Of a stretch of DNA of 64,000 nucleotides, positions 26,201 through 37,714 are shown in pieces. A model generated the notes under the pieces. It was not told the DNA's origin. It saw only the letters and a list, made by a program, of their open reading frames with translations, and ran no database searches. Within the stretch, counting starts at the first letter, position 1. Each line of letters begins with the position of its first letter. Source of the stretch: Tilletiaria anomala UBC 951 (taxonomy: Eukaryota); contig NW_013547014.1 in NCBI RefSeq assembly GCF_000711695.1, positions 124,001 through 188,000 of the forward strand, in the 5' to 3' direction. The translations under genes and the position numbers were made by a program.

Positions 26201-26437
26201 AGCTGCAGTGTTGTTGTCGTTCTTGGGTTAGTGAAATTACCGGTCAAGTAACCCCCACAGGCCGGTCTTATCATCAGCATCCAGGTTATGAAAGCCCACA
26301 GGTCGTAGCTGCCGCCATGCAGCTTCTCGATACTGACAGTGGCCTCGCCGAAGTCGCATTTGCTGACATCTTGATCCTTTGCGTCAAGTCTCTTGGGGGC
26401 TCGAGTCAGACTGGAAGTTTGGGCTCATAAGCCTATG
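23300..26437 (-). mobile_element. Highly degenerate Ty1/copia LTR retrotransposon (gag-PR-IN-RT-RNaseH relic)
   Basis: On the minus strand, in order: PBS-like GGCTTATGAGCCC (26433-26421); gag start IEKLHGGSYDLWAF (~26330); zinc-knuckle relic CWNYNK../LQHECRSK (~25720-25675); protease tail ISVKNAIEVPH (~25550); integrase VHMDIAGP/ESISSVRYSLTFTDDGS (~25095-25015), LQSGNGCEY (~24900) and PAYTHQQHGM/AERFNLILLNMV (~24820-24750); RNaseH-like CAQLLRI...TIVCN (~23550-23490). Many stops and frameshifts. Boundaries approximate. Confidence 0.85.
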
Positions 26438-26469
26438 TAGCGGGCCTTTGGATGACTGAAACAGAATAG

Positions 26470-27600
26470 GCCAACATCTTCTTACTCTATGCTACACAGA
26501 CCCTCGGCGCTCCGCACAACTTCCTTTCACTTCTTCAACGTGCTAACTTTCATGCGCAGCCATTGTAGCTTCCCCCTGTACTGGAACCTTTCATGGTCCT
26601 CGCTTGTATACCATAGACCGTACTTCTTCGCGGTCCTTCGCCCCATTACGTCCGCGCGCTGCCATTTGTACTATGTCAAAATCGGCCATCTATTTAATAA
26701 CCGCAACGCTCGAGCGCTGTTTATGCCAAAACGACAAAAATATTCGCTGTTTGCGTTTCGTCGACTTTTCAACGCTTCTAGAGGAGCTGCGACTTCGTCA
26801 CACTTGCTGCCTGTCTCTTCACGCATTAGAATGATCAGTGTTGCTACTTTCGCAAGGTGAACTTCATATGGTGCAAGTTCACGAAACATTGAGGGACTGA
26901 ACAGTACTTCTGCTTTCGCATGATTTTTTAATTTCCAATCCAAGGTTGGCTTGACGCATCTTTCAAGAGCCTCAGGGCTCCTATCTTCAAGTTTGCTGAA
27001 GGTCCTGCGCCCAGCCACAGTCTGTCACACTTATCAATCGACTGATCTGGATCACGGGCCTAGCAACAGCATAAGCTGCAAAGTGGAACCTTGGTCCTTA
27101 GGAGGGACGGAACTGTCTCAAAGTTTGGCGTTAGGATGATCTTCGACAAGAACCTTCCTACCAAGGGTCTTGGCAGTGTCAAAGCTCATGTCGAATCCGA
27201 TCGTCGACTCTGCCAAGGTCCTACTTTACAACGTTGGCTATTCTATTGACCTCGAACAGTTCATTGATACGTGTGACAGTCTGTTGCCCGGTAGATGCCT
27301 CGGCAATCCTAACGACATAACCTTTGAGGTTCTTTGCAGGTATACCAAACCACCCCTGATCCTCAGATCCTTTCTAAACCCCTCAGCAAAGCGACAGGAA
27401 GGCTCAGGAGCAGATGACTGATGGGCAATAGCTCAGACACTGGCCTAAAGAATGGTTATATGGCTAGAGTCATGGCTGACGGATTGAGCTACAGCACCCA
27501 CATTTTCTCGACTACCAGATTGCCACATGTGCTTGCCATCAGCTCACGTGCGCTCTTTCGTCTCCAAACGCTCTTGCCTCGCCTCTGCCAATTTCGTTCT
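26470..27600 (-). pseudogene. Decayed coding-like sequence of unknown origin
   Basis: The minus-strand frame of ORF 26671-27018 continues past single stops (…WPILT*YKWQRADVMGRRTAKKYGLWYTSEDHERFQYRGKLQWLRMKVSTLKK*). No family recognised. Confidence 0.3.
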
Positions 27601-28931
27601 CACTCTTAGCTCCTGGAACCCAACCTCCGCTCAATCAGTCAAGGCTTTCGTCAACATCCACCCACTACTGCTATTGCACGGACTGGAACTACAGCAAGCG
27701 ACATGCCCTTGTCTCTGCGTACGCTCCAAGAAGCAAAGTCTCGCAGGCATGACTGGGATGGCACGAGACGAGGCAAGTCGAATTCGACAGGCCCGTTGCA
27801 AGAAACAAATGGACCCCCGTCAATCGACTACCTGATGCACATGTGTTACCCAGCACCTGGGTTTCCAGACATCGCTAGGGGCAAGTCTACGCCATACCAA
27901 GGATACCTTTACGATGGCCCCAAACTGATCATTTGTGTTCCTCCGCAATCCGTTAAGCCATAGTCTAACACTAACTCATCAGTCGATGTCGCTACTTATT
28001 CCAGTTCTAGCCAATCAGCCAATGCCGCAGCTCCCTCGAGTTGCCATTATGTTCGAAACATCCTCCTAGGACCGCGCGCGCGGTAAGGACGGTACGGATC
28101 TCTTCACCAACCATCAACACCCAGGCAAGATCTCTCGGCCATGCCGCTAGGCTCGAGGATATCAGGCCCATTGATTCAGTGGCTTTTCGAGTTGTCGCGG
28201 CCCAACCAGCATTTAATGTTTCCTTAATAGAAAGTGTGGGGGGATTTTCGAGCTGCCAATGTTCTACCGATGTACAGCCTCCGCCTGCTGTCCAAGGTCG
28301 GCAAAATTGGAGGATAGGTCCCAAGATCTTTACCGGAGGTGATCGACGCATACCCTGTGTGACTGACACCAGCTGAGCCCCCTTTCCCATCACCCTATTC
28401 TACAGCTAGCTCTGATGTATTGCACTGGCGATGTTGACGCGACCATTAATCTAGACCGGGAAGCCTCAGATCTCGCCGCACAGTTGACTATTTTTTGGCT
28501 GAGCGCCTCACTGCCGTCAAGCGTAGCTCTTTCAGCGATGCCTCTGTTAGCCATTCCGAAGATTCCTAGCCTTGGGCCCTGGGGATGGCAAAGCAAACAC
28601 TGTTGACTCATTCCTCCTCTGTTGGCAGGACTACGGGCGTACAATTCCGACCCTTGAAACTGCACGGTCTCGTAGACGTCCCATGGTCTTCGCCGACGGA
28701 GTTTTGACATCTTGTTTTCGCCTTTGGCAACAAAAATGGTCTTTTGTCCATCCTTTCCATAGGTGAATCGCGCTCTTCAGGTCGGCACTTGCGATTTGCT
28801 AATTGACCAACTAAATCTTCGAGACCTTCTACGTTTGCGGACTTCTCACGTAGATACAAACACCACGCTACATCCGCTCTGGACAGTACAGATCGCGACT
28901 GCCGCAACCTCTTCCCAATTTCTCATCTCAT

Positions 28932-30604
28932 TCAAGCTCGTTTGAGACCCCGGACTATAGCGCTGCATCGCAAACATCTCCAACCACCTTCGTCCGAAAT
29001 GTCGTCGGCAGCCTCCTCCGAGAGCAGAATAGATGCAAGACAGTGATAGCAATAGAGACACCCGCAAGGGTCTGCAGCATATGGAATGGTGATGATGAGG
29101 TCGTCCGATGCTGTGTTCGGTTTGCCTAGTGTGTTACCTCTAGAAGCGAGGGCACCTGAGGCTGGGTCCAGAGGGTCGCTGGTGGGAAGACCAACTCTGA
29201 GAACACCAGAAGATCCACCTTGCGATGCCTGATATCGCTGCCAGCACAATGCACAAGTACTGATAGGAAGTGCAGCAATTTCGGGGATGACTTTGCTTAA
29301 AGCAGCCTCCCCGTCTGAATTACCAGAGCCCTTGAGCGGGGTAGACAGACCAGTCCGATCTCTCAGGACCCTTGGCAGGATCTTTGATGCTCTGCCAAGT
29401 GCTGTACTGCAGATAGGTAATCTTGTGAGATACTTGAGTATCCGGCGTGGCTTCAATAATGGCAAAAGGAAGACCAGAAATTCCTGCAAAATACCGCAAA
29501 GATCCCAGTTAAAGTACATGCCATGAGTGTCGAGCGCGGAGAGAGACTCACGGTAAGTGCGTGCCATACAAGTTGCCGGTTAAGGTATTCAAAAGAGACA
29601 TTCCGATGCACGGTGCGTTTTGCATATATGAGGCGGATGCCCAGAATGCGGTCCGCAAGAGTTCGATATCTGTTACCCGTGCAACAAAAGCGTGCGCTCG
29701 CAGTCAACACTGGGAAGAGAAGCCCTAGCATGCAACACACTCACTTTCCGTTGCCTAGGAAAAGACCGAAATTGATAAAGGCAGCAAGAGTGTACCACCG
29801 TCGGAAGCGATCCATGAGGTTCCACAAGGTGTGGCGCGTCGTGCTGGTAGGAAGTTCAGAGTACGGGTGCTGCGCCATGTTTAATTCTGACCTTGCATAC
29901 GCATACGGAACGATGGCCGTAATCAAAGGGTATAGCACAAGCTGCTGAATCGAAAGCTTTCGATCTCGAGATGTAGACTGCACTACATAAGGGAAACAAG
30001 AGCTTTAGTAGTCAGCGCAAAATAGAAACATAAGCCGGGCGACGATGAGAATACGACTAACATCCTCCACGATGCGCCCACTCGTTCCTGTACTTGAGAT
30101 TTTGCAGCATGGATCCGTACGAAGCTTGGTGATCAATGATAGAAAGCTTAAACAGCGCCAATCGCATGACGAGTAGCATCTCTGGCAAGATGCGCGAAGT
30201 CAATGTTGGCTGTAAACCGTTCGATGCGAAAGTTCAGCGATGATTTGCAGAGCCTTTGAGTAGGATCGCCCTGCTCTCAGGGCACGTACTTGGATCAAAT
30301 TTACGGCATCTTTCATTGGAGCCAGCAGAATTTCAAGCAGCTCGCGGTCCAAAAGGTCAGCATCTAGCTGCCCGACCCTCTGAATTCGTAACGGCGGACT
30401 CGGAAAGTGAGACAGCCTCCTTCTGAGCGATTCGATCGATGGCTTCGCAGTCTCGTGTCTTGCCTCCCAAAACGCCTCCAAATCCAGATCAACAGGTAGT
30501 TGTGATGGGAACTGATTTGGTGTGGCTGGTGTGGCTGGTATGGCTGGTATGGCTGGTATGGCTGAAGTTGTTTGTGCTGTGCTCCGGGTATCCTCACCAG
30601 CCAT
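28932..30604 (-). CDS. PEX2: Peroxin Pex2 (Pex2/Pex12 N-domain plus C-terminal RING)
   Basis: RVGQLDADLLDREL, ASYGSMLQNLKY, YRTLADRILGIRL, VSFEYLNRQLVWHA, and RING CALC...CGCLYCYHC...CLRC. Confidence 0.93.
30521..30564 (-). repeat. 9-bp tandem repeat (about 5 copies) encoding AIP/ATP repeats in the Pex2 N-terminus
   Basis: Plus strand reads tgtggctggtgtggctggtatggctggtatggctggtatggctg, which translates on the minus strand to AIPAIPAIPATPATP. Confidence 0.9.
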
Positions 30605-31364
30605 GTTGCGCTGCTGACTGATAGGCGTTGGTGGGCGCGTCTTGTTTTCGATGTTGTGCTTCGATACTGAAAACACGAAGAAAGACGAATTCAGCGACTG
30701 GCACGGTATCAATGCTCGCTAGAGTTATTGCCACAAGCTTCTCAGTCTTTGATTGAGCCCATCCGCTTCCTATTGTATCCATGTGGACAGGCTGGGGTGT
30801 ACAACGAATGATGTGCAATCAAACGGCAACAGGTCCGACTAGGCCGTCCTCTTTCACATATGGAGCAGCACAGACTCTCGGGACGCGGGACCCTTACATA
30901 AGCTTGCTTCCGGATTTTAAAGAGATATAATCGGTAAAAAGGACAACAATCCTAGTTTATAGCTAGTCCTGTTGAGTCTACCTTCGATTTCTCGCGGGCC
31001 ATGGCCAGATCTTTTCCGACTTACCACGGAAGAGCTGATCGCTGAGAAGCGCCTTCAAGCACGCTGTTAGTCGTGAGGCTTTCCCATTACATTACAGGTT
31101 ACAGCACTTGGTTCCCATCAAGCTTTCAAACTCCCGTGTTCACTTTGGCGTGCTCCGCCTTACATGCAAATCGCCGCTTCTCTCTGTCAATCTGTCAATC
31201 TGGCTACTCTACGCCCTCTCAACTCTATTTTTCTGGTAATCCGCGGTCACATTTTTGTGACAGGATTGCATTTCGAGCGTCAAGGACTCAGCGCTGCATT
31301 TTGGAGGCCTGCAAACTTTCTGAATACCTCTCTGAATCAGTCTCGGTACAAAGTTGCATTCAGG

Positions 31365-32778
31365 ATGGCGACTTCTGCAGTCGAGTCGGCCGCCAAGCGT
31401 CCTAAGGTGGACCAAAGCTCGGAAAGAGAAATTGGAATCGTTACGCACTCGTGAGCTTGCTGGTTTATCCGCTGAATGCATGCAATCCGCTAATATACCT
31501 CTATTTGGTCGATTGTAGAGGCGCTTTCCACGGTAAGAGACGCTTCTAAGGACAAAGGTAGCATATCCGACGGTGTTCTCACCATCGCTTTGATATATTC
31601 TGTTTACATGCAACTCGTGCTGTGCGCAGCTGATGAAGCCCTTGCAGTGTCGATGCTTCGCAGACTTCCACGGTTCTCTCAAATGCGTCAGTCCCGACTG
31701 TGGAGTGCATATGGCATGTTTGCTGACATGGTGCAATTGTGCTATTCTGCTTAGACAGCGCTGACGCGCACCCGTGACATGTCGCTCATAGACCGTGGCA
31801 CAATTGTGGTGGATGTCGGGGCAACTTACGACGCGACTAAGAACCGCTTTGATCATCATCAACGTGGTTTCGAGGAAACGTTTGACGCTGATCACAAGGT
31901 CAAGTTGAGCTCCGCCGGTTTGACGTGGAAGTGAGCCAAACGTCGTTCATTCGCATCCATTCGTCTTTGAACGCTAATCTAATGTCACACCCACAGACAC
32001 TTTGGCAAGGACATTCTGCGCATCAGCGCCCCTGCGCTCACGCCAGAAGAGGTTGAGACCCTGTACATCAAAATGTACGACGACTTTGTGGAGGGGATTG
32101 ACGGCATCGACAACGGCGTGGAACGCTATCCGGCTGCTGCGGGCAAGCCAGCTTACAAAGACCGGACAGATCTTTCGTCTCGGGTCAGCTACCTGAATCC
32201 TCGCTGGAACGAGGAGGTGGACGATGAGGAGAGAATGCGCAGATTCGAGAGAGCAAGCAGCTTAGCCGGGCAGGAATTTTTCGACCGGTTGGACTACGCA
32301 GTCCATGGTTGGCTGCCAGCACGCAAATTGGTTCAAACAGCGCTTGCGAATAGGAAGACAGCGGAAGGCGGTGATTCGTCGGGAAAGATTCTTATCTTTG
32401 ATGGATACGTCAGCTGGAAGGTGAGCGTGCAGATGAGCCTGATCGGAAACTTGTAATCACTGATCGTATTTGCCTCCCCAGGACCATCTCTTCACGCTCG
32501 AGAAGGAGTCGAACATCCCGGCTGAAGAGCAACCGCTGTATGCTGTCTACCCAGACGAGTCTGGTAAGTGGCGGGTGCAGGCAGTCCCAGAGTCACCAAG
32601 CAGCTTTGCGAGCAGGAAAGCTTTGCCCGAGCCTTGGCGAGGCATCCGAGACGACGACCTCAGCAAACTGAGCGGTGTCCCTGGTTGCATTTTTGTGCAC
32701 CAAAGTGGCTTCATTGGAGGAAATCAGACGCGGGCCGGTGCACTCGAAATGGCAAGTAAAGCCTTGCATTGGAGTTGA
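31365..32778 (+). CDS. MYG1: MYG1 family (UPF0160) metal-dependent exonuclease/hydrolase, 6 exons
   Basis: Spliced IVTHSGAFHADEAL, TRTRD, IVVDVG..YD, RFDHHQRGF, KLSSAGL, IDGIDNG and GCIFVHQSGFIGGN. Confidence 0.93.
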
Positions 32779-33399
32779 CCGCGCGCAAAGCATGTAATAC
32801 GAGCACCAAGCACGAGGCATTGTCAAGTTTTGCATGCGTTATGAACAAACTCGCTTGAAAATGGTGCCAATTCGTGCATCATACATGCCGCTCTCCCGAA
32901 GTGTGACGCATACGATAAGTGGCAAACGCCGCCCGCAGTCAGCCTAATGGTTCATTATTTAATACCCTCTTGCACGTGAAATATTACACATAGCACAGTG
33001 AGGCTCGAGCACAGGTGCGACGATCCTTTTCCCTTTCGCAATACAGGTTTGCGAACCGCAGAGATCCGCTGCCAAGTGGCAGTCGTGTTGCAAGCGGCAC
33101 GTGTTAGATTTTGTTTCCGAGTCGGATGCCATGTTGCATCGGCAAGTGGCCTGTCCTGTTGCACCGCAGCATGCGTACAGTGCTGTCTTCATACCATATG
33201 TGAAAAGCGTGAGAAGGGATGCAATGCGAAGAGGCGCAAGCGATCGTCGGGGACCATTTAAAAGGACATCAATCCACCTTCTCCCATTGATCCACGCTTT
33301 CGTAAGAGTTGTTGCCGCAGGGGGCGAATTGTTGGACTTGCTGGTCGGCGGCATGAAGAAATGGCATAGCGAACGCTGTGGCGCCACTGGCCCCACTGC

Positions 33400-34560
33400 T
33401 AACCTGCGCAGGTCGCGGGCGGAATGGCAGCATGAATTATTCAGCCCACGCGCAATGGTTCCGCAGCTATCACCAAGCATGCCACCATCCTTATTGATGT
33501 TTTGCTAACATATCAAGGGTCAGCTAATACTGTAGCCCAGGTCATTCTGCAAAGAGTCGCGCATCTTTCAAAATGGCGAAGTCAAAGAAGTGAGTACGTC
33601 GTGCTCAGTGACCACAACTCTACTCATCGGTATGGTCGGATCGAGGTTGGCTGGCGGAGAGGAAGGACGAGATCGCTTTGGATGCGAAATTGGTATGGTG
33701 GGTCATTGACTCGGAAGCGAGGGTCTTCGGATCTTGGCCTGCCCGCAGTTGTTTAAGGAGCGAAGACTATGACCACCTTGCTCCTCGCGCTTGAAATGCT
33801 TTGTTCGATTGATGATGTTGACCCTCCTTCGTACTCGATCATAGCCACACCAACCACAACCAAAACAAGAAGGCTCACCGAAATGGTATCAAGAAGCCAA
33901 AGACAAACAAGTACCCGAGCTTGAAGGGCGTGCGTATTACAGCCTCTCTGCTTGATCCACTTCAGTGGCGACCCCGGGATTGTTGGAAATATTCTTGGAT
34001 GGTTGAACTCTAAGAGTTGACGGGGCAGAGGTGATGGCAATATCTGCGGGTGACAGGGAGAAGTCCATCTAGCAAGCTGGCTTCTGAAGCTGGAAGCGGT
34101 GTAGGGCATGCAAGTCGCTTTGAAGCGCACGCAGCGTTATATCTTGCTGATTGGGCCTGTATCCCAAGGGGACTTGTGGCGGAGCATAAAGTGCGCCATC
34201 TTTGGAGGGCAATGCGAGTGGGCTGGGTCAGGAATGCTACAGCAAAATATTGGGAGCTCGAAGTGCTAAGAGCAGCTGTTTCTATGTGCAAGGGGAGACC
34301 CCATTACACCTGTGAAGCTTCACTCCCAGTAGCAGAGGCCTCGCATACTTACAGTCCTTCGTGTACTTACAGGTTGACCCCAAGTTCGTCCGCAACCAGA
34401 GGTACGCAAAACACGGCAGTGAAAAGGCAGCTCGCCTTGCCAAGGCGGAAGCGTAATCAACACGATACAACCACGCATCTGTACTTCTAGGGGCGACTAT
34501 GCATACTGCTTGATCATGTCGATTGCATACTTTGCAACGCTGGGTATAACGAGCAAAGGA
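33400..34560 (-). mobile_element. Possible very degenerate tyrosine-recombinase retroelement (DIRS/Ngaro-like) relic
   Basis: Minus-strand fragments in the expected order: HDQAVCIV and VADELG (RNaseH-like), GIQAQSARY...PLPASEASLL-[E]W (YR N-domain-like), FVFGFL..GE, SNKAFQARGA, TWA. Each match is weak alone. Confidence 0.35.
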
Positions 34561-34626
34561 GCACGGAAAGCTAATGGTACAAGGCATACTTGCATACGGA
34601 AAGTTGCAACTGGGTGGGTCGACCTT

Positions 34627-37026
34627 TTACGTGTCTTCCTCGGGGACTGGCATCCAATTCGGTCCAGCCGAAATTGCGCTTCTTAATCCCAAACCGTCTC
34701 GTCGGCTGCTCATCTGCACCGACCGGATAGATGTGTCAGTGGTAAATGTGTCTTGCAGGCTGTGCGAAGGTGGATGACGCTCATGGATAATGATCGTCCT
34801 GTCACTTGATTGAGAAGCTGTTCTCGATGCGGCGATCTGTTCGTGTAGCTGCGGACTGTCCGCACTCTTGCGGCCACCACCGGAGGTGATGTATGTTTGC
34901 AGCATTCCGGAGGGACGCGGGCGGAAGACGGGTGGGGCGCAGAACTTGGTGGGGGCCTCCGATGAAGGCGAAGCCACTGTCCGGCCACCAGGCGGACGTA
35001 AATGGCTGTTCACTACCAGCTTGGTAATGCGGGAAGTGCCCGGGCGCGTGGTTGCTGTCGATGGAGGGGGCATAGTAGAGGCCGTAGAGCGGGCGCTGCT
35101 AGGCGGTAGCTGGCCAAGCTTTGGCTTCTTCGCTATCGAGCCTGTTGCTGGGGTGGTGGGAACGCGAATTGGTGTCGCAGCTGTGCGGTTGTGAAAACTT
35201 GATGGGCCCAGTGCAGGTCCATCCGACATAGTGGAAGAGTTCGAGATCGTCCGATTCCGTTTGCGAAAGTCGCGCGTCGACGGGTCAGTAAGGGTTTCTT
35301 GCAATGTGGTAAGATAGGGAACGCCATCAATAGTGAACTCTTTCCCATGCTCCTCCTTCCATGCCGGTATCATCTTCAATAATTCTTGCACGAGCTGCAA
35401 ATCAGGAGAGAGAATATGTTAAACGGAGCTGCCTACTGAACGGAAATCGGCCCAAATATCACCTTCGGCTTCTGAACCTTTATTCGCTTTCTTGTTTTCT
35501 CCTCGCGCAGCAGCCGCCCTGGGTCCCCTCTAGTGTTCTTGAAGCGGTTGGGATTTTTCGCATCTTCCTCCATCTGTTTTTCCTCGTCACATAGCTCCTG
35601 ATACCGCCGGATCGCCTGCAAAACGGGCTCCTTGGTCTTGACTTCGTGCGCGAGTCGGACTATCGCTTCTTCGTGCAGAGCAAGCGCCTCCTCTGTACTG
35701 CCCTCACTATCTACAAAGCATTGAGGAAAGGATTCGTATCTCTCAATGTCGGAGAGACGAAGGGTGTCCCAGAGGCGCCGGATGCGCTCGCGCAATTTTT
35801 CGATGAACAACGACATGTGCTCTCGGCGCAGATCTTGCATCTTCTGAAGCTCTCGTCGATATGCTTCGATGGCCTCCAGCGTACTGCCGCTATTGGCGTG
35901 GACGAATGTTTCCATCTCATCCTGGGGCACGTCGAACTGCATCCAGATCTCGCTGAGCTCATCGTAGAGTTGTTGGATCCTCTCCTCTCTTTTTGCTTTC
36001 TCAGCCTCCAGCGCAGCCAGCTTTGCTGCGACGCGTTCCAAGTTCGCTTTAGTGGGCAGGATCCATTCCTCCAATGGCTTTCGTTGCCGAATCTGCAGGC
36101 ATTGTGGCGCTTGGTCTACCCCGCCACTATTACCGTTGCTGTTCCGGCTGCCACCGCTGCCATTACTCTTCCTTGTGGGCGTTGGCTCGACCATCTCTGG
36201 AGGGCAGAAAACCTCTACCTCCCCGGTGGTGTTCTTGAAGTGCTCAAAATCGCCGTAAAAGTGAGCTCGCCCGCCCGTCTCGGGGCCAACGTGCCAGATC
36301 GGTTTGACTTGCAGGTGCGTGAGGATCTGTGCGTCAAACTCATCCTGATTCACCTCTGGTGTGAGATGCAGCGCTGACCAGAGGTTGAGAATGGTCTGAA
36401 GCTGATCCTGCAGCAAGCTTGTTCGTGCTTTGACCTCTACCTCGCCTTTCTTTGTCTCCGCTTCCAATGCGGAAATGTACGACAATGGAAGTGCTCGGAT
36501 CGTTCCATCAGACAGGCTGCCTGGCACAAGAGGTGTATTGACAATATCCCCCAGCACTTGCCGTTGCTCTTCTAGCTGGCTGATCATGCGATCAGCTTGT
36601 GCTTGACGTGAGGTGTGGACGGAGCGAAGATTGCTGATTTCTTGATGAACACGCTGTTGCTTTTGATGGAGGGTCTGCATGTGGATCGAGATGAGTCAGG
36701 AAGTATGCGGACAGAGAGGATGGTAGACATCTCACCAGAGGAGGTTCTTCAGCTGCCCCATCGCAAGGTGGCGAGCCTGAGGTCTCTCCCAGCGCCTCTT
36801 TTAGACACTGTGCCTCGATGTTTCGCGCCTTGCAGTCATCGAATATCTCCTTTTTTCGATCTTGTGCGCGTTTCAAGTGACTCTGGATACTGCTGGTCAG
36901 GGTGTTGTGAAGTTCCTGGATTGCGCTTTGATATGTGCATCCTGAATCTCCAATCTCCTCGTAGAGCACTTGTAGTTGGCTTGTCGAGGACGACAGAAGT
37001 TGGAGCAGAGATGCAGTCTCATCCAT
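34627..37026 (-). CDS. ASE1: Spindle midzone microtubule bundler Ase1/PRC1/MAP65, 3 exons
   Basis: Coiled-coil body, NPNRF...DPGRLLREEKTRKRI, WKEEHGKEFTIDG.PYL and an S/T/P-rich tail with S/TP sites. Confidence 0.92.
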
Positions 37027-37714
37027 CTCGGATGGAGTGAGATCTCCGCTGACGGAGTCAGATGTCTGTTTGTGTGCAATAGCGAGAGGATGGGCAGCAG
37101 CAAGTCGCCAATTGCATTCCGCGTCTCAAGTGCAAATGGCGCGTGCAAGCTCAGCAAGCATACTTTCGTGTCCAGCTTCAGTTGCTTGTTCTATTTCTCG
37201 AGTTCCGGTTGAATGGACGAGTTTGTAGCTTGTTCAGGCGTGCGAATGAAGGCCATTGGACGGTGCGGTGGTCGTGGTGTCAAGACTCAAGTGTAGATGG
37301 GTCGTGGTGTTGTGTTGATTGCCTGCGGAGATGTTGGAATGTCGATCAACAAGAAACAGAACACGTCGCGTGCCTCCCCCAATTCCCAAGGCGCCTTATA
37401 GTGAGTGACACAGGCGCAGTGCCACCGTTGATACCAACAACAGTCATTCAACTGACTCCATTGGCTTCTCTGCCAACACCTCCCAAGTCATCAGATATAT
37501 GCAATGCACGTGAGACATGGCATGGCGCGTATATCGCTCGCTGTATAATTGACGTGCTTGAGAACCTCAACTGCTGCAGCGCCTGTTTATGGCATCGGAT
37601 GGATCCGCAGGTAGGAGAATCGTTGGGTCTGCAATGAACGACGAGGCCGCAATCCTGAGGTCAAAATAGCGTGCCGCGCCCACGATCTTCCCGGGCGGCC
37701 GCCTTAGAACGACG

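Noticed and set aside
31246..31261. Short inverted repeat GTCACA-TTTT-TGTGAC in the PEX2/MYG1 spacer
   Set aside because: A 6-bp stem is expected by chance in 64 kb and has no supporting context.
33760..33774. GHSLR on the minus strand as the tyrosine-recombinase catalytic H-x-x-R motif
   Set aside because: It is not followed by an RG(A/G)AT-like sequence and sits too early relative to the other fragments, so it is probably coincidental and was not used as evidence.
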